A DNA stretch of 64,000 nucleotides. Origin: Azolla caroliniana (lineage: Eukaryota > Plantae > Polypodiophyta). The stretch lies in the NCBI GenBank assembly GCA_043228905.1, contig JBHGNT010000013.1, forward strand, positions 21,018,001 to 21,082,000, written 5' to 3'. The notes under the pieces were generated by a model. It was given only the letters and a program-made list of their open reading frames with translations. It was not told the origin of the DNA and searched no databases. The position numbers were made by a program, and so were the translations under genes. This document shows, piece after piece, positions 50,681 through 62,500 of this stretch. Each line of letters opens with the position of its first letter. The first letter of the stretch is position 1.

Positions 50681-53152
50681 TTTCATCTTCTGCTCTTCTG
50701 CCGCCTCCTTCACGTCGGGTTCACCAAATATGTCGAGGTATTCCTCGCGGATGCGTGGAATGAGGCGGGACCTCGGGGGTCCTGTACCGAAGAGCAAGAG
50801 AGAAAGGAGAAGAGACCCACTACGTGCGAGAGTAGATTCACAGGGACACCGCCCTTCGACACAAAGAGCGAGTGGGACAACGACATAGAGAGACACGAAT
50901 GTATGTATGTATTAACAAAGACAAACAACAAAACACGAAGTCGGTTACAACCGAACAGGCCGGCGAATAGATGCCGATACCTGTTCGTAAACGCACAGAG
51001 ATGAAGGAGTAGGTTGGAGGTGCTGCCGGAAGCACTCGGGCATTCCTCAGAGCAGCGCGAGCCTCCCGAAACCTGCACAGAACGAAGCTATGGAGTTTGC
51101 GAACCAGAGAGAGAGAAGCCTTCGCACCCAAACCGACAACACTTCGTCCTCGACTCTCCGCGCCCCTTTTCTCCTCCTCGTCTCCCTCCTCTTATAGGCA
51201 AGGAAGGAGCCGTTTCCCCTTTACTTCCTACCTACCGGATCTGCCCGCCTAGGATCTCCTATGTACAACATAAGGCGCACGTGCATGAAGAGCCGGTTCC
51301 TACGCTCTGGTGCACCGATTCCGCTTGTGGACGGTTTTCTTCACGACACCGGAGCATCCAACCACATGACGAGCCATGAAGAGTGGTTCTCTTTTTCGGA
51401 GAAACCGGAACAACCGGGGATTGTCGAAACCGGAGACGACACACCTCACCCGATTGTGCATGTCAGAGAAATCCCTTTAAGCCATGTCGGACAAAAGGGG
51501 AAGATGTCGTACGTACACATGTTTCGACTATCACAAAAGAACTTGGTGTCGGTTGGACAAATTGTCGACCAGGGGATGCAAGTGCGGTTTACGCAGCTCG
51601 GGTGCTTCATCGAGGAAGAAGGCCAGAGAGTTGCGCAAGAGGGCAGGGAAGGGAGGATGTTCATCCTCAACACAAATGAAATTGGCACCGCCATGTTTGC
51701 CAAAGGAAAGAAGATTGAATCAGACATCGATATCTGGCATAAACGGATCAGCCACGTCAATTATCGGAGGCTTCAAGACCTGCAATCGAAACAAGTCGTT
51801 TTCAGTTTGTCGAAAGACCGAAATTTGTGAAGCCTACCAAATCGAGAAGCAACACCGGCTTCCATTCCCCAGCGAACGAAACCGGACATGTAACAAGGTC
51901 TATCTAATACATTCGGATGTATGGGGACCGGCACAGGATGTTTGTCTTGGGGGGAGTTGATACTTCATCTCCTTCATCGACGACTACAACCAACACCCGT
52001 GGATCTACCTCATCGAACGGAAGAACGAAGTCTTCGAATGTTTCCGGAACTTTCAAAGCTTAGTTGAATGGCAACTGGAGAGGAAGATCAAGTGCTTGCG
52101 GTGGAACGGTGGAAAAGAATACTTTTCCGGCCAATTCAATAGTTATCTGTTGCAGAACAGAATTCGGAGACTGGAATTAAGATGTAGATACACACCGGAG
52201 CAAAACGGTGTGGCCGAAAGAACCAATCGATTGTTGACGCGGAAATGGCAATGCTGGAGGAGAAGAGCATGCCCCATTTCTACTGGGCTGAGGCAATCCG
52301 GAGCACTGTCTACATCCAAAACCGCACATGAGATGTATTTCGGGTGGAGGCCGAATTTGAGACACCTTTGGATATTCGGTAGAATAGCATATGTGCATGT
52401 ACCAGATGAGAAGCAGAGGAAGCTCGATCCAAAGTTGGAGAAGTGCATCCTAGTCGGCTACTCGCATGAGCAAAAGGGGTATAAGTGCTATAACCCTCGG
52501 ACTAAGCAGGTCCGAGTAGGCCGAGATGTTGAGTTCGACGAGACGACATCGTGGTACTCCCTACCGAGTCCGACTTTTGACTCTGCCCGAATCCCGAAGG
52601 ATAAGGCCACTGAGCTTGAACCGGTCCAGATAGAAGATGATGAGCTTGAGACTCTAGAAGAGTGTCCGGAATCGTTTTGGTTGAGTGGACCGAATGAGCG
52701 GCTGAGTCGGGATGACCAATCGGATGAGGAACCGGCGAGTAGTGGAGACTTTGCCATCCACTCCCCATGCAAGGAACCAAGGAGACGGTTCACGTGCAAA
52801 GAGAAAGGGAAGCAGAAAATGTCGGAATACGAAGTCGGCAACATTGTGTCGGATCGGAGTGACTCCGACTCCGGAAAGGATGAAAGCGGATCTTTGGGAA
52901 CGAAGTCCGAACCGGCCAAGAACCCCGTTACGCGGTACGGGTACAATGAGTACATGGGGCGCATCACTATGTGTACATGACCAAAGTGGCCGAAGTGCGT
53001 GAGCTGGAGAGCTACGTAGAAGCGGCAAAGGACACAAATTGGCGTGCCACTATGGAGGAAGAAATGTGGGCACTCGATTCCAACGACATATGGGACCTCG
53101 TTGACCCTCCCTGACACTGTAACCGATCGGTTGCAAATGGGTGTACAAGGTT

Positions 53153-53696
53153 GACAGAAATACACGCTCATGAGCCTTGCTCTCTTCATTGAAGTTGTTG
53201 AATAGACTCATGTCGATGAAACACCATATGTAAGCGGTTGTCTTCATGTGCATCACCTCCCATATCGTGGCGTCGATTTTGTCCGGTCTCTTGTCCCCGA
53301 ACTGAACCGGAAACCAAAGATCTTTAACCACGAGCATGTCCCTCATCTTCGACTTCCACTTTTAATAGTTGGAGCATGCCTCCCAACGAATCGTCCATTT
53401 TTCTGTGTCAATTCGCTCTGATACCAGTATGACAGGAATACACGCTCCCTAAAACACAACGCTCGGCCACAACCGAGTCTAGGATCAAACACAGTAAACG
53501 GGTAAGGTACACACAACACAGTGAAGAGAAGAGTACACAGGATGTTAACGTGGAAAACCCAAACGAGGGAAAAACCACGGCAGCCCACATACTGCAAACT
53601 ATCACTATATCACAATGTACAATAGTAAAGCACCGAGGCAACGACCTCGAGCTTGCTATCTTCGCCACAGACGGCAGTTACAACAAAGGCAACGAC

Positions 53697-53745
<49 letters not shown>

Positions 53746-55681
53746 TACACAGTTACGCACTCAAATCTCGCACCAACGAGAATGACAACAACTACACTAA
53801 GCTTGCCCTAAGTCATATTTATACTAATATGACTTTTTGGCTATTTACAAATATAGCCCCAAAGGACTCTCAGAAACATATTTACGAATATATCCTTTCA
53901 TCCGGTGAGCACTCCTCACCGGGCCTGCATCATCCAACTCTTGTCGGGCACTCGTCATCCGGTTCTCACCGGGTCTTCCGTTGCCGGGTACTCCACATCC
54001 GGCCGAGTTGCTCATCAACAGTGTTCTTATCACTTCCCATCCGGAGGGACCTGTTTCCTAACAAACTCCCCCTTCACTCCGGCATGGGATGTCGTACTAG
54101 TCTGATCCGCTTCTGACATGCGTCCAGCTTGTCGGGTATCAGTACTTTAGTCAGCATATCTGACCCGTTCTCGGCCGTGTGGATCTTCGTCAGCGCGAAC
54201 TCTCGATCTTCTATTCGCTCTCGGATCCATTGATACCTACGTTGGATGTGATTCGTCCTTGAATGGTACGCTGCGTTCTTAGCAAGGTGGATGGCACTTT
54301 GACTATCGCAATAGAGCCGGTGTTCATCTTGCCGGATACCGAGCTCTCCGATGAAGTCCTTCATCCATAATATTTCCTTACCGGCCTCCACAACCGCCAT
54401 GTACTCCGCCTCCGTGGTTGACAGCACAACCGTCTTCTGCAGCCTTGACTGCCACGAAACCGCTCCCCCTGCATATGTCATTACATGCCCGGATGTAGAC
54501 CGGCTGGTATCCACATCAGCCGACATATCCGAGTCGGTAAAACTGTCAAGTTGAGGTTTACCAGAGCCGAATCGGAGACACATATTCGAAGTGCCCTTCA
54601 GGTACCGGAGTATCCATTTTACCGCGTTCCAGTGCTCCTTGTCGGGATTGCTCATGAACCGGCTCACCACTCCGACTACGTATCCAATATCCGGTCGAGT
54701 ACACACCATTGCGTACATCAAGCTCCCGACGGCAGAGGCATATGGAACCTTCATCATATCAGCCTTCTTTGCTTTCGTCTTCGGGATTTGCTTACCGGAT
54801 AATCTGTAGTTTGCCGGGAGTGTCGATCCGACTAGTTTTGCTTCTAACATGTTGAACCGCTGAAGCATCTTTGTCACGTATTTCTCCTGTGACAGCCACA
54901 ATTGCTTCGTTGGCCGGTTCCAGATGATATGCATCCCTAGCATCTGTCTTGCCGCACCCAAGTCTTTCATTGAGAAGGTTCGATTTAGAGCCTTCTTCAG
55001 CATCCGTATTTTGGCTTGGTCCCGTCCAACGATCAACATGTCGTCCACGTACAGAAGGAATATCAGGAAGTCACCTCCTTCGAACTTCTTCACAAACACG
55101 CAGTGATCGGCCTGCGTCTTGTGGTACCCTTGATCGGTCATGAAGGAGTCGGACTTCCGGTACCATTGTTGGGGAGCCTGCTTCAGTCCGTATAGGCTCT
55201 TCTTCAACCAGCAAACCAGGTGCTCGTTCCCTTTCTCCACGAATCCTTCCGGTTGCTGCATGTCGATCTCCTCTTCGAGGTCACCGTGAAGGAATGTTGT
55301 CTTCACGTCCAGCTGCTCTACCTCGAGGTCCATGCTTGCCACTATACTCAGCACCGTCCAGATGGAGTTCATCTTTACTACCGGGACAAATATCTCGTCG
55401 AAGTCCACGCCCTTCTTCTGCTGGAACTCCTTCACCACAATCCTGGCTTTGTATCTCGGGGGGTTGCCGGCATCTCCCGGTTTCTACTTGTACACCCACT
55501 TGTTTCGGAGTGCCCGCTTTCCTTTCGGAAACTCCACCAATTCATACATATGGTTCTCATGCAGGGAATCCATCTCATCCTGCATGGCACTCAACCATTT
55601 GCGGCTATGGGCGTCACTTTTAGCTTCCTCGAAGCTTTCTAGCTCCCCCTCATCGGTCAGCAGCACATGCTCTGCATCCGG
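53153..55681 (-). mobile_element. Ty1/copia tandem junction: RT-RNase H, PPT, LTR (53430-54063), PBS, then the start of a second gag
   Basis: PPT agggggagtt abuts the LTR start; LTR TGTTAGG..CCTGTCA; TGGTATCAGAGC at 53415-53426; gag-like ..KMRDMLVVKDLW. Confidence 0.88.
54074..55438 (-). CDS. Copia reverse transcriptase + RNase H (C-terminal part of pol, open frame)
   Basis: QLDVKTTFLHG, SLYGLKQAP, LYVDDML, FTDSD, STTEAEY, LYCDSQSA. Confidence 0.92.
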   Translation of the reverse strand: MVKEFQQKKGVDFDEIFVPVVKMNSIWTVLSIVASMDLEVEQLDVKTTFLHGDLEEEIDMQQPEGFVEKGNEHLVCWLKKSLYGLKQAPQQWYRKSDSFMTDQGYHKTQADHCVFVKKFEGGDFLIFLLYVDDMLIVGRDQAKIRMLKKALNRTFSMKDLGAARQMLGMHIIWNRPTKQLWLSQEKYVTKMLQRFNMLEAKLVGSTLPANYRLSGKQIPKTKAKKADMMKVPYASAVGSLMYAMVCTRPDIGYVVGVVSRFMSNPDKEHWNAVKWILRYLKGTSNMCLRFGSGKPQLDSFTDSDMSADVDTSRSTSGHVMTYAGGAVSWQSRLQKTVVLSTTEAEYMAVVEAGKEILWMKDFIGELGIRQDEHRLYCDSQSAIHLAKNAAYHSRTNHIQRRYQWIRERIEDREFALTKIHTAENGSDMLTKVLIPDKLDACQKRIRLVRHPMPE

Positions 55682-55743
55682 TGTCGTGTTGTTACGCGCG
55701 TACGTGTAGAAAGGGGCGGGACCACGGGGGTCTTGGACCGAGG

Positions 55744-55780
<37 letters not shown>

Positions 55781-56493
55781 CACCGACACGTAGAAGTGAG
55801 AAAGAGAGATATAGAACGTAACACTTAATTATAATGACAAGAGATTACAAACTCCGACAGTTACAACCGACAAGGTGGCGACGGACCCGACACAGGGACC
55901 CTACTCACGCACTCCGACGACAGTCACACGACTCGAAGAAACAAAAGGGGAAAGGGAGCGACTCTGCTGGAAGCACACGGGCTGTCCACGAAGCAGAGGC
56001 AGCGACCTCCCGACACCCGCAGAGAGCGACGATTGGAGTAGAAGAGAGAGAGCTCGGCCCTCCGTTCTGCAGCAGCCCTTTTTTCCTCCTCGCGCTGTCG
56101 TGAAGATCCGTCACTACGCGCGGATCGTGAGGCAGAACCGCCGGGGTTTTGGACCAGAAGGATTTAGAGTCGATACAAGCTTTGGCAAGAAAGTACTTAA
56201 AATAGATTGGGAAAGAGAGAAGATGAGATTACACGATCGATTTGATAACGAATTTCTTCCTCTTAATTTTCATAAAAAAAAACCATGTTTTTCTCCTCCC
56301 CCTTCCCTCTTTTATAGATGCTCTCATGCATATGATGCATGTGAGGGTACAAGACATGCATAAATTGCATGTTTGCCATTTGGCGCTTAAGTATTACATG
56401 TGGTGCATGCTAACCATGTCACTCATTTTAGCACTCATGAATGAGAATTTACATGTAAAAGTATAATGATAGAAATATAATTTCAACTAAATA

Positions 56494-56560
56494 CTATGGC
56501 TTAATTGTAAGCCATTTGACTCTTAACTTGGAGGTGCAAGGTTCGAATCCATACTTGCCC
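56494..56560 (+). other. tRNA-derived (Lys-CUU-like) cassette with A/B boxes inside an LTR; not a functional tRNA gene
   Basis: D-arm-like ggcttaattgtaagcc, anticodon-loop-like ctcttaa, T-loop ggttcgaatcc; no acceptor stem. Confidence 0.65.
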
Positions 56561-57442
56561 TCCTTGTATATGTATATATTTTTATATATTTATTTTATCT
56601 AGTCGCCGGTTCGCCGGTGCCGCCGCCGGATGCCGACGCTGTCGTAGTGTAGGTTGCACACTATGTGGAAATTATATTTTTGTCCCTCCGGATAGAGAAT
56701 GGAGTGCTCGGTGAGAACCGGAAGAAAACGGCATACCGGCAAGGAAGAGCCGGATAAAGAGACATAAATGTAAAATAAGGAAATACTCATTACTGCGCAG
56801 GGCATGATTCGAACTCTGCACCTCCACGTTGACACACCCCAACCTTACCATTACATTAAATTATCTTAAGTGTTTTAAATATAGATTTAATATGTATAGG
56901 ACCTTTATTTATGCATACCTTTATTAAAAGGTAAATCGTGTATTTTTTTAATATATGAAAAAGAAAAAAAACACGAGACACTAAAAATAACTCATGCACA
57001 TCTAGCGTGCATGAGCCCTATACTTAGGAAATAAAAAAGCATCACATACACATTTAGTGGACATGAACACTTTTTGTAAAAAAAAAAAAAGCATGAAGCC
57101 ATGCTTAGCTCTTCTTTCCTTATATAAGGAGGAGAGAAATATGTAAAGGGTTGTTGATTATTTGGATTAAGTATTAATCAATACAAAAATTATTCGTGGG
57201 ATTCACGATTTATACATCTACTTCTCTCTTAACACCCTAAGTACCAATTAATATAGTATACTCGTGTGATTCACGAGTTTCTTATCTTTCTCTTTGCTAT
57301 TTACTCATAATTAATCTCTATCTCACGAACTTCTTTCTCCTAGTCCAAGACCTCTGTGGTTCCCACCCGACTCACGCAACGATCCGGAGCTGAAAGGCAC
57401 GACATAGTTGGTGAACCCGACGTGAAGACGGGTGGCAAGGAG

Positions 57443-59482
57443 ATGGAGGCTCAACAAGCTAACAATATGATGGCGATGTTCGAACGGATGCTTCAAGAAC
57501 AACGCACGATGTCGGAGATTTCGGCATCAGTAGAGCGGCTCGTGCAATGCAACGGGCAATTTAATGGTAAGGATGTGTCGCGATATTTGCAGGACTACAA
57601 GGCGGAGATGCTCCGGTGCCGGGCTTCGGAAGGACTGCAAGTGACATCCTTTAACCGGGTGGCGACCGACGGGCTTCAAGGGAGTATCCACGGGTTGCAA
57701 CAACAAAATCCGACGTGGGAAGCATTCGAAGAGGCGTTAAAGACCACGTTTGCCATCGAGGACTCCTCCAAGGCAACGCGGAGGGGATTCGAGGATTGGG
57801 TGGAAACGTCAGGTAAGGGGTTGAAGGTCCTCGAAGTGTTTTCGACATTCAAAAGTCGGTTCGGGAGGTTGTCCGCGAGAGATCAAACTATTCTTGCGCC
57901 GGACAAAGTCATCATGTTTTTGCGAGCTGTGGACGTCCGGGACCGGAAAGATCTCGGAGTGCTTCTTGAGGACGCGACCACCGAAAGCGGCCTCACCGAA
58001 ACATGGGAAAGCGTGCGGGATATCGTCGCGCGGTACACGAAGAGGGGGCAATGGCTTGCCAACGAAGAAAAGAGGGTTTCGGAACCGATTCCGAAACCGA
58101 GAACGGGACTGGAAGACCATCAACCGAGGGCTCGGGAGATTACGGCCGAGAAGGGAGTCGACGCGTCTACGGTGGAGCAGCTGCTGAAGGAGATGGAGAA
58201 TCTAAAGATCGCGATGGTGAAGAAGTCGGATGACCGCCCCACAAGCTCCAAATATACGGATCGACGGTGCATATGGTGCGATAGCGCCGAACACGATCGG
58301 AGGGATTGCGACGACCATAAGGAGGCGCTACGACGGGATCTCATCTACTACGAGGGAAACCGGATTCATTCGATGGACTCTCGGAAGCCACTCCGACCGA
58401 ACTTCCGGAAAGGCGGCATGAAGAAGGTGCTCGAGGAGGAGTTAGCGACAAGAAGCAACTATGCGACAACCGCGGGAATATGTGTCGGGGAGTCATCGGG
58501 AGCGAAGGCGTCTTTCTGGCCGGAGGTGCTAGGAAACACCGAGAAAACCGACTCCAACGATATCCGAAACACCGCGGAAGGCGTCCGGGAAGCTACGGGA
58601 TGGGAGTGCCCTGTCGACAAGAATAGCATATACGCCCTGTGTCAATTACATGAGGTGTATGTGGACGAGAAACGACGGCGCACGGAGGATGCGGCCGGAC
58701 CATCGAAGATACCGGAAAGCTGGAACTCCGGAGGTAAGGGAAAAGAAAAGGCGACTCCGGCATTCAAGCTCGCCTCGGACATAGAACAACAAACCGACTT
58801 GAAAAGAGTGTTCGAGGAAAGAATCTTGGATAGCCGGGTAGATTTTTCGCTGCGGGAACTACTCGGAATAGCGAAGAAGGAGTTTCACGATCTTCTCGTG
58901 GATCTCGTGAAAAGGAAGAGACAAAGCACGGAGGAAAATGCTCCAAGGGTGAATGCAAATACCGTTTCAATGAACGACACCGAAGTGGAAGGCGAAATTC
59001 CGAACTCCCACTATACAAGGCCACACTGGGCACGTGCGACTACGGAGACTCCGGTCCGAATCGGCAACATCAAAGAACCCGTGCTAGCATTGATTGATCA
59101 CGGATCGGAGATCAACTTGATGTCCAAGGAGTTCTACCGAAAGGGGAAGTGGCCTATAAACACCAACCATGGATGGAAGATTCGGGCAGCCACGAAAACG
59201 ACAGAAGACCTATTTGCGGCTTGTCCGGATGTGACGGTAAAGATCGGGGATGTCGAAATTGACCAAAATTTCTTTGTGCAGGATGAGGTTTCACATTCTG
59301 TCATCCTCGGCCAACCCTTTATCACGGCTTCACGAATGGAGACGAAGGTGCTCGATAGTGGTGCGGCTTTTGCGCGAATTCGGAGCCAAAACGGAGGGAA
59401 ATCCGTCCAATTCCTAACGGTGCCGGCAAATCACGAAAGGAACAAGAGGGAACTCTTGTCCCAAGTGAGAATGGATTTTTAA
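57443..59482 (+). CDS. Gag-protease polyprotein
   Basis: First ATG after the PBS; GQFNGKDVSRYL, CIWCDSAEHDRRDC knuckle, ALIDHGSEINL protease. Confidence 0.9.
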   Translation: MEAQQANNMMAMFERMLQEQRTMSEISASVERLVQCNGQFNGKDVSRYLQDYKAEMLRCRASEGLQVTSFNRVATDGLQGSIHGLQQQNPTWEAFEEALKTTFAIEDSSKATRRGFEDWVETSGKGLKVLEVFSTFKSRFGRLSARDQTILAPDKVIMFLRAVDVRDRKDLGVLLEDATTESGLTETWESVRDIVARYTKRGQWLANEEKRVSEPIPKPRTGLEDHQPRAREITAEKGVDASTVEQLLKEMENLKIAMVKKSDDRPTSSKYTDRRCIWCDSAEHDRRDCDDHKEALRRDLIYYEGNRIHSMDSRKPLRPNFRKGGMKKVLEEELATRSNYATTAGICVGESSGAKASFWPEVLGNTEKTDSNDIRNTAEGVREATGWECPVDKNSIYALCQLHEVYVDEKRRRTEDAAGPSKIPESWNSGGKGKEKATPAFKLASDIEQQTDLKRVFEERILDSRVDFSLRELLGIAKKEFHDLLVDLVKRKRQSTEENAPRVNANTVSMNDTEVEGEIPNSHYTRPHWARATTETPVRIGNIKEPVLALIDHGSEINLMSKEFYRKGKWPINTNHGWKIRAATKTTEDLFAACPDVTVKIGDVEIDQNFFVQDEVSHSVILGQPFITASRMETKVLDSGAAFARIRSQNGGKSVQFLTVPANHERNKRELLSQVRMDF

Positions 59483-59536
59483 AGCGGACTGTTGCGGAGT
59501 GGGGAAGTGATAGTCCGAGAAGCCCTGATACCCCAC
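59473..59536 (+). promoter_or_regulatory. Putative -1 ribosomal frameshift signal (GGAUUUU + H-type pseudoknot)
   Basis: S1 CGGACTGTT/GATAGTCCG, S2 GTGGGG/CCCCAC; equivalent structure at 48504-48570 (-). Confidence 0.75.
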
Positions 59537-62500
59537 ACAGGAAGAAACCTCTCGGAGCAAAACAAGTACGAATCGGCCCGGATGGGGCATCTACGTACAC
59601 GGCCGTAACCGGAGGAATGAAGAAACAATACCGACAAGTGGAGGATAAGTTACGGTCGGCATCAATAATAAAAGAAGACGAAGAAATCGTGGGAGTGATC
59701 GAGGAAGTGTTCTATGGGAATACACTACAACGGCTTGAAGAGCTTGCGGAAGATAAAAGCCAAGGGAACCGGGTAGTCCCGGTGGAATCGGTCGAGATGT
59801 ACGAGATCGTTGCGAAAATGGGGCCGGATGCGCTCCGCAAAGAAGAAGCAATGGTAAGTACGAAATACAAGACCGTGGAGAAGAAGGTGAAACCGGCCGC
59901 GGGACCACTACCCGCCGATAGCGAACAAAAGAAGAAAGAAGTCTCGGGAGATCCGACACTTCGGAAGTCCGTGGATATCGGACATGCCTTCACAGATGAG
60001 ACCCGGAAGAAACTTCGGATCGGTGGAGGTGGGTTCCTCTTACAAGAAGAAGAAAAACGGTTTCGAGAGATGTTGGAGCAACACGGCAAAGCATTCGCGT
60101 TCACATCGAGGGAGATCGGATGCATTGATCCAAAGATAGTGGAGCCGATGGTGATTTTCACGATTGATCATGTACCGTGGAACCTGAAGCCGATTCCGGT
60201 GCCACGGGCGCATATTCCGAAAGTCATCGACTTGCTCAAGGAGAAGGTGGCGATGGGGATTCTAGAGCCATCAAGTGCTCCGTACTCAAATCGATGGTTT
60301 ACGGTTCCGAAGAAGAATGGGTCACTCCGATTCATCCAAGACTTGCAACCGGTGAACAAGGTCACGATCCGGAACTCGGGAGTCGGTCCGATAGTGGACG
60401 AATTCGCGGAAGCTTTTGCCGGACGTGCGATATACTCCATCGGGGACCTATACTCGGGGTATGACCAATTCCAACTAGCCGTGGAGAGCCGAGACATCAC
60501 TACCATGCGGACACCGATAGGACTAGTTCGAATGTGCACACTACCACAAGGAGCGACAAACTCGGTTGCACATATGATGAACGCGATGAACAAGGTGCTT
60601 CGAGATTGCATCCCGGAGATAACGATGCCGTTTCTAGATGACATTCCGATGAAAGGATGCGCGGTGGAAGAAAAAGATGAGACTATGGATGATCGGGGAT
60701 GCCGAAAGTTCGTGGTCGACCATATTCATGATTGCGAGAAAGTGTTGCGAAAGCTAGAAGATGTGCACCTAACACTTTCCGGGGAGAAATCGGCATTCGG
60801 GCAAGAAGAAATATTGGTGGTCGGACATCTATGTGGACCCTACGGCCGAAGACCGTCACCAACAAAGATCGATGCGATTCAAGCTATGAAGGAAGTATGT
60901 GAGTCAACATCGGAAGTCCGAAGGTTTCTGGGTGCGTGTGCATTCTATCACATATGGATTCCGCACTATGCACATATAGCGGACCCGCTCTATCACTTGT
61001 TGCGGAAAGGTAAGAAATTCGAGTGGAAACCGGAACACACTAAAGCCATGAGGAAGCTCAAGAAGACACTATGGAGGGCGGAATCACTTAAGAAGCCAAG
61101 CTACGAGCGGCCAATCATAGTAACGGTTGATACAAGTCCAACCGGTATCGGGTGGGTCATCAATCAAGCCGACTCGGATGGTTCGCGGTATCCGATCCGA
61201 TTTGGAGCAAAGGTCCTCAACGAAAGGCAACGCGGATATGCACAAGTCAAAAGAGAATTGTGGGGAGTCGTGTCGGCGATAAAATCGGATCGGGATTATT
61301 TGATCGGAGCTGAAGTGGTGATCGAGACGGATTGTCTTCCGATACTCGGGATGATGCGGTGTTGTACGATACCGGATGTGGCTATGCTAAGGTGGATTGC
61401 ATATGTCAAGTCACTTAATCCGGAGGTTCGACACATCTCGGGGAAGGACAACGCGGTAGCGGACATGTTATCGAGGGCGCGGTTTGAAGACGACATAACC
61501 GAATCAGATAATGAAGAAGTTTCCGAAGACTACTTCACGTCAGAACACATATGCCGAGTGAACGTGATCCGAGAATTCCGGGAAGAAGAATTCGAGGGGG
61601 AAACCTTGATGATCGGGAAGATGCTACAAGAGGTCGAGGATTCAACCAATGATAAAGAAAGGAGAGCCGAGATCCGAAGGAAGAAGAGGCAAGTCCAAAA
61701 GTTCTTCTTGGAAAACGGTTTAATATGGAGGACGCCGAAAAGACCGGATGGGATACCACTTCGAGTAGTCGGGACGAAAGAGCAACGAAACCGGATAATG
61801 TCCGAGTTCCACGAATCCGATTGGGCTGGACATCGAGGAACATGGGCAACTTTTGTGAAAATCAAGCAAAGATATTGGTGGAAGAACATGTATAAAGATG
61901 TCGCGGAGTTCACAGAAAGCTGCGAGAAATGTCAAGTCTACTCCGGGGTCCGACACCGAGATGAGCTGCATCCGACATTCTCACCGACAATCAACTTCAA
62001 GTGGATGGTCAACATTGTAGCTATGCCGACCGGGATTGGACAAAAGAAATACTTGGTGTTAGCTCGAGAAGATCTCACAAACCAAGTTGAAGGTCGAGCG
62101 CTTCGGAGGAAAACGTGTGCCGCGGTGTGCCAATTTCTTTTGGAAGAAGTGTTTTGTAGGTACGGCTGCGTAGGACAAGTGATTGCGGACCGGGGAGAAC
62201 TCGACTCGGACAAAGCTAGGGGATTCTTCGCCAAACATGGAGTTCGGTTAACGTTGACAACGGCCTACAATCCGGAGGCCAACGGGAAGATCGAACGAGG
62301 ACATAGTCCGATCGTGAAAGCACTTGCGAAGGCATGCGACGGAAGGGTGAAGGATTGGCCACAAATGCTTCCGTATGCACTATGGGCGGATCGGACGACG
62401 CATAGCTCCGTGACCGGTTACATGCCGGCAGAACTCATGACCGGACAAGCACCAGTAATGCCAACGGAAACCGCAATCGCGACATGGACAATACTACTGT

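Larger units (their letters stand above)
44407..51348 (-). mobile_element. Full-length tRNA-Trp-primed Ty3/gypsy element, 618-bp LTRs (44407-45024, 50731-51348)
   Basis: 4-bp TSD CCGG (44403-44406 / 51349-51352) inside the copia DSGA codons; PBS TGGTGAACCCGACGTGA; LTRs differ by about 8 substitutions by eye. Confidence 0.95.
41772..53152 (+). mobile_element. Ty1/copia element: 5' LTR end, PBS TGGTATCAGAGC (41802-41813), duplicated gag-PR, integrase, start of RT; hosts a nested Ty3 (44407-51348)
   Basis: gag MASSLPTKKLDRSNYESWSYKM; WYVDSGASNHMT protease; HSDVWGP / PEQNGVAERTN integrase; ends at CKWVYKV. Confidence 0.9.

Noticed and set aside
44690-51379. Plus-strand ORFs opposite the Ty3 gag/pol and within its LTRs
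   Set aside because: Shadow ORFs of GC-rich coding sequence; not conserved in the paralogous element at 56.6-63.9 kb.
56494-56560. Functional tRNA-Lys gene
   Set aside because: No acceptor stem and imperfect arms; embedded in an LTR. Kept only as a tRNA-derived cassette.
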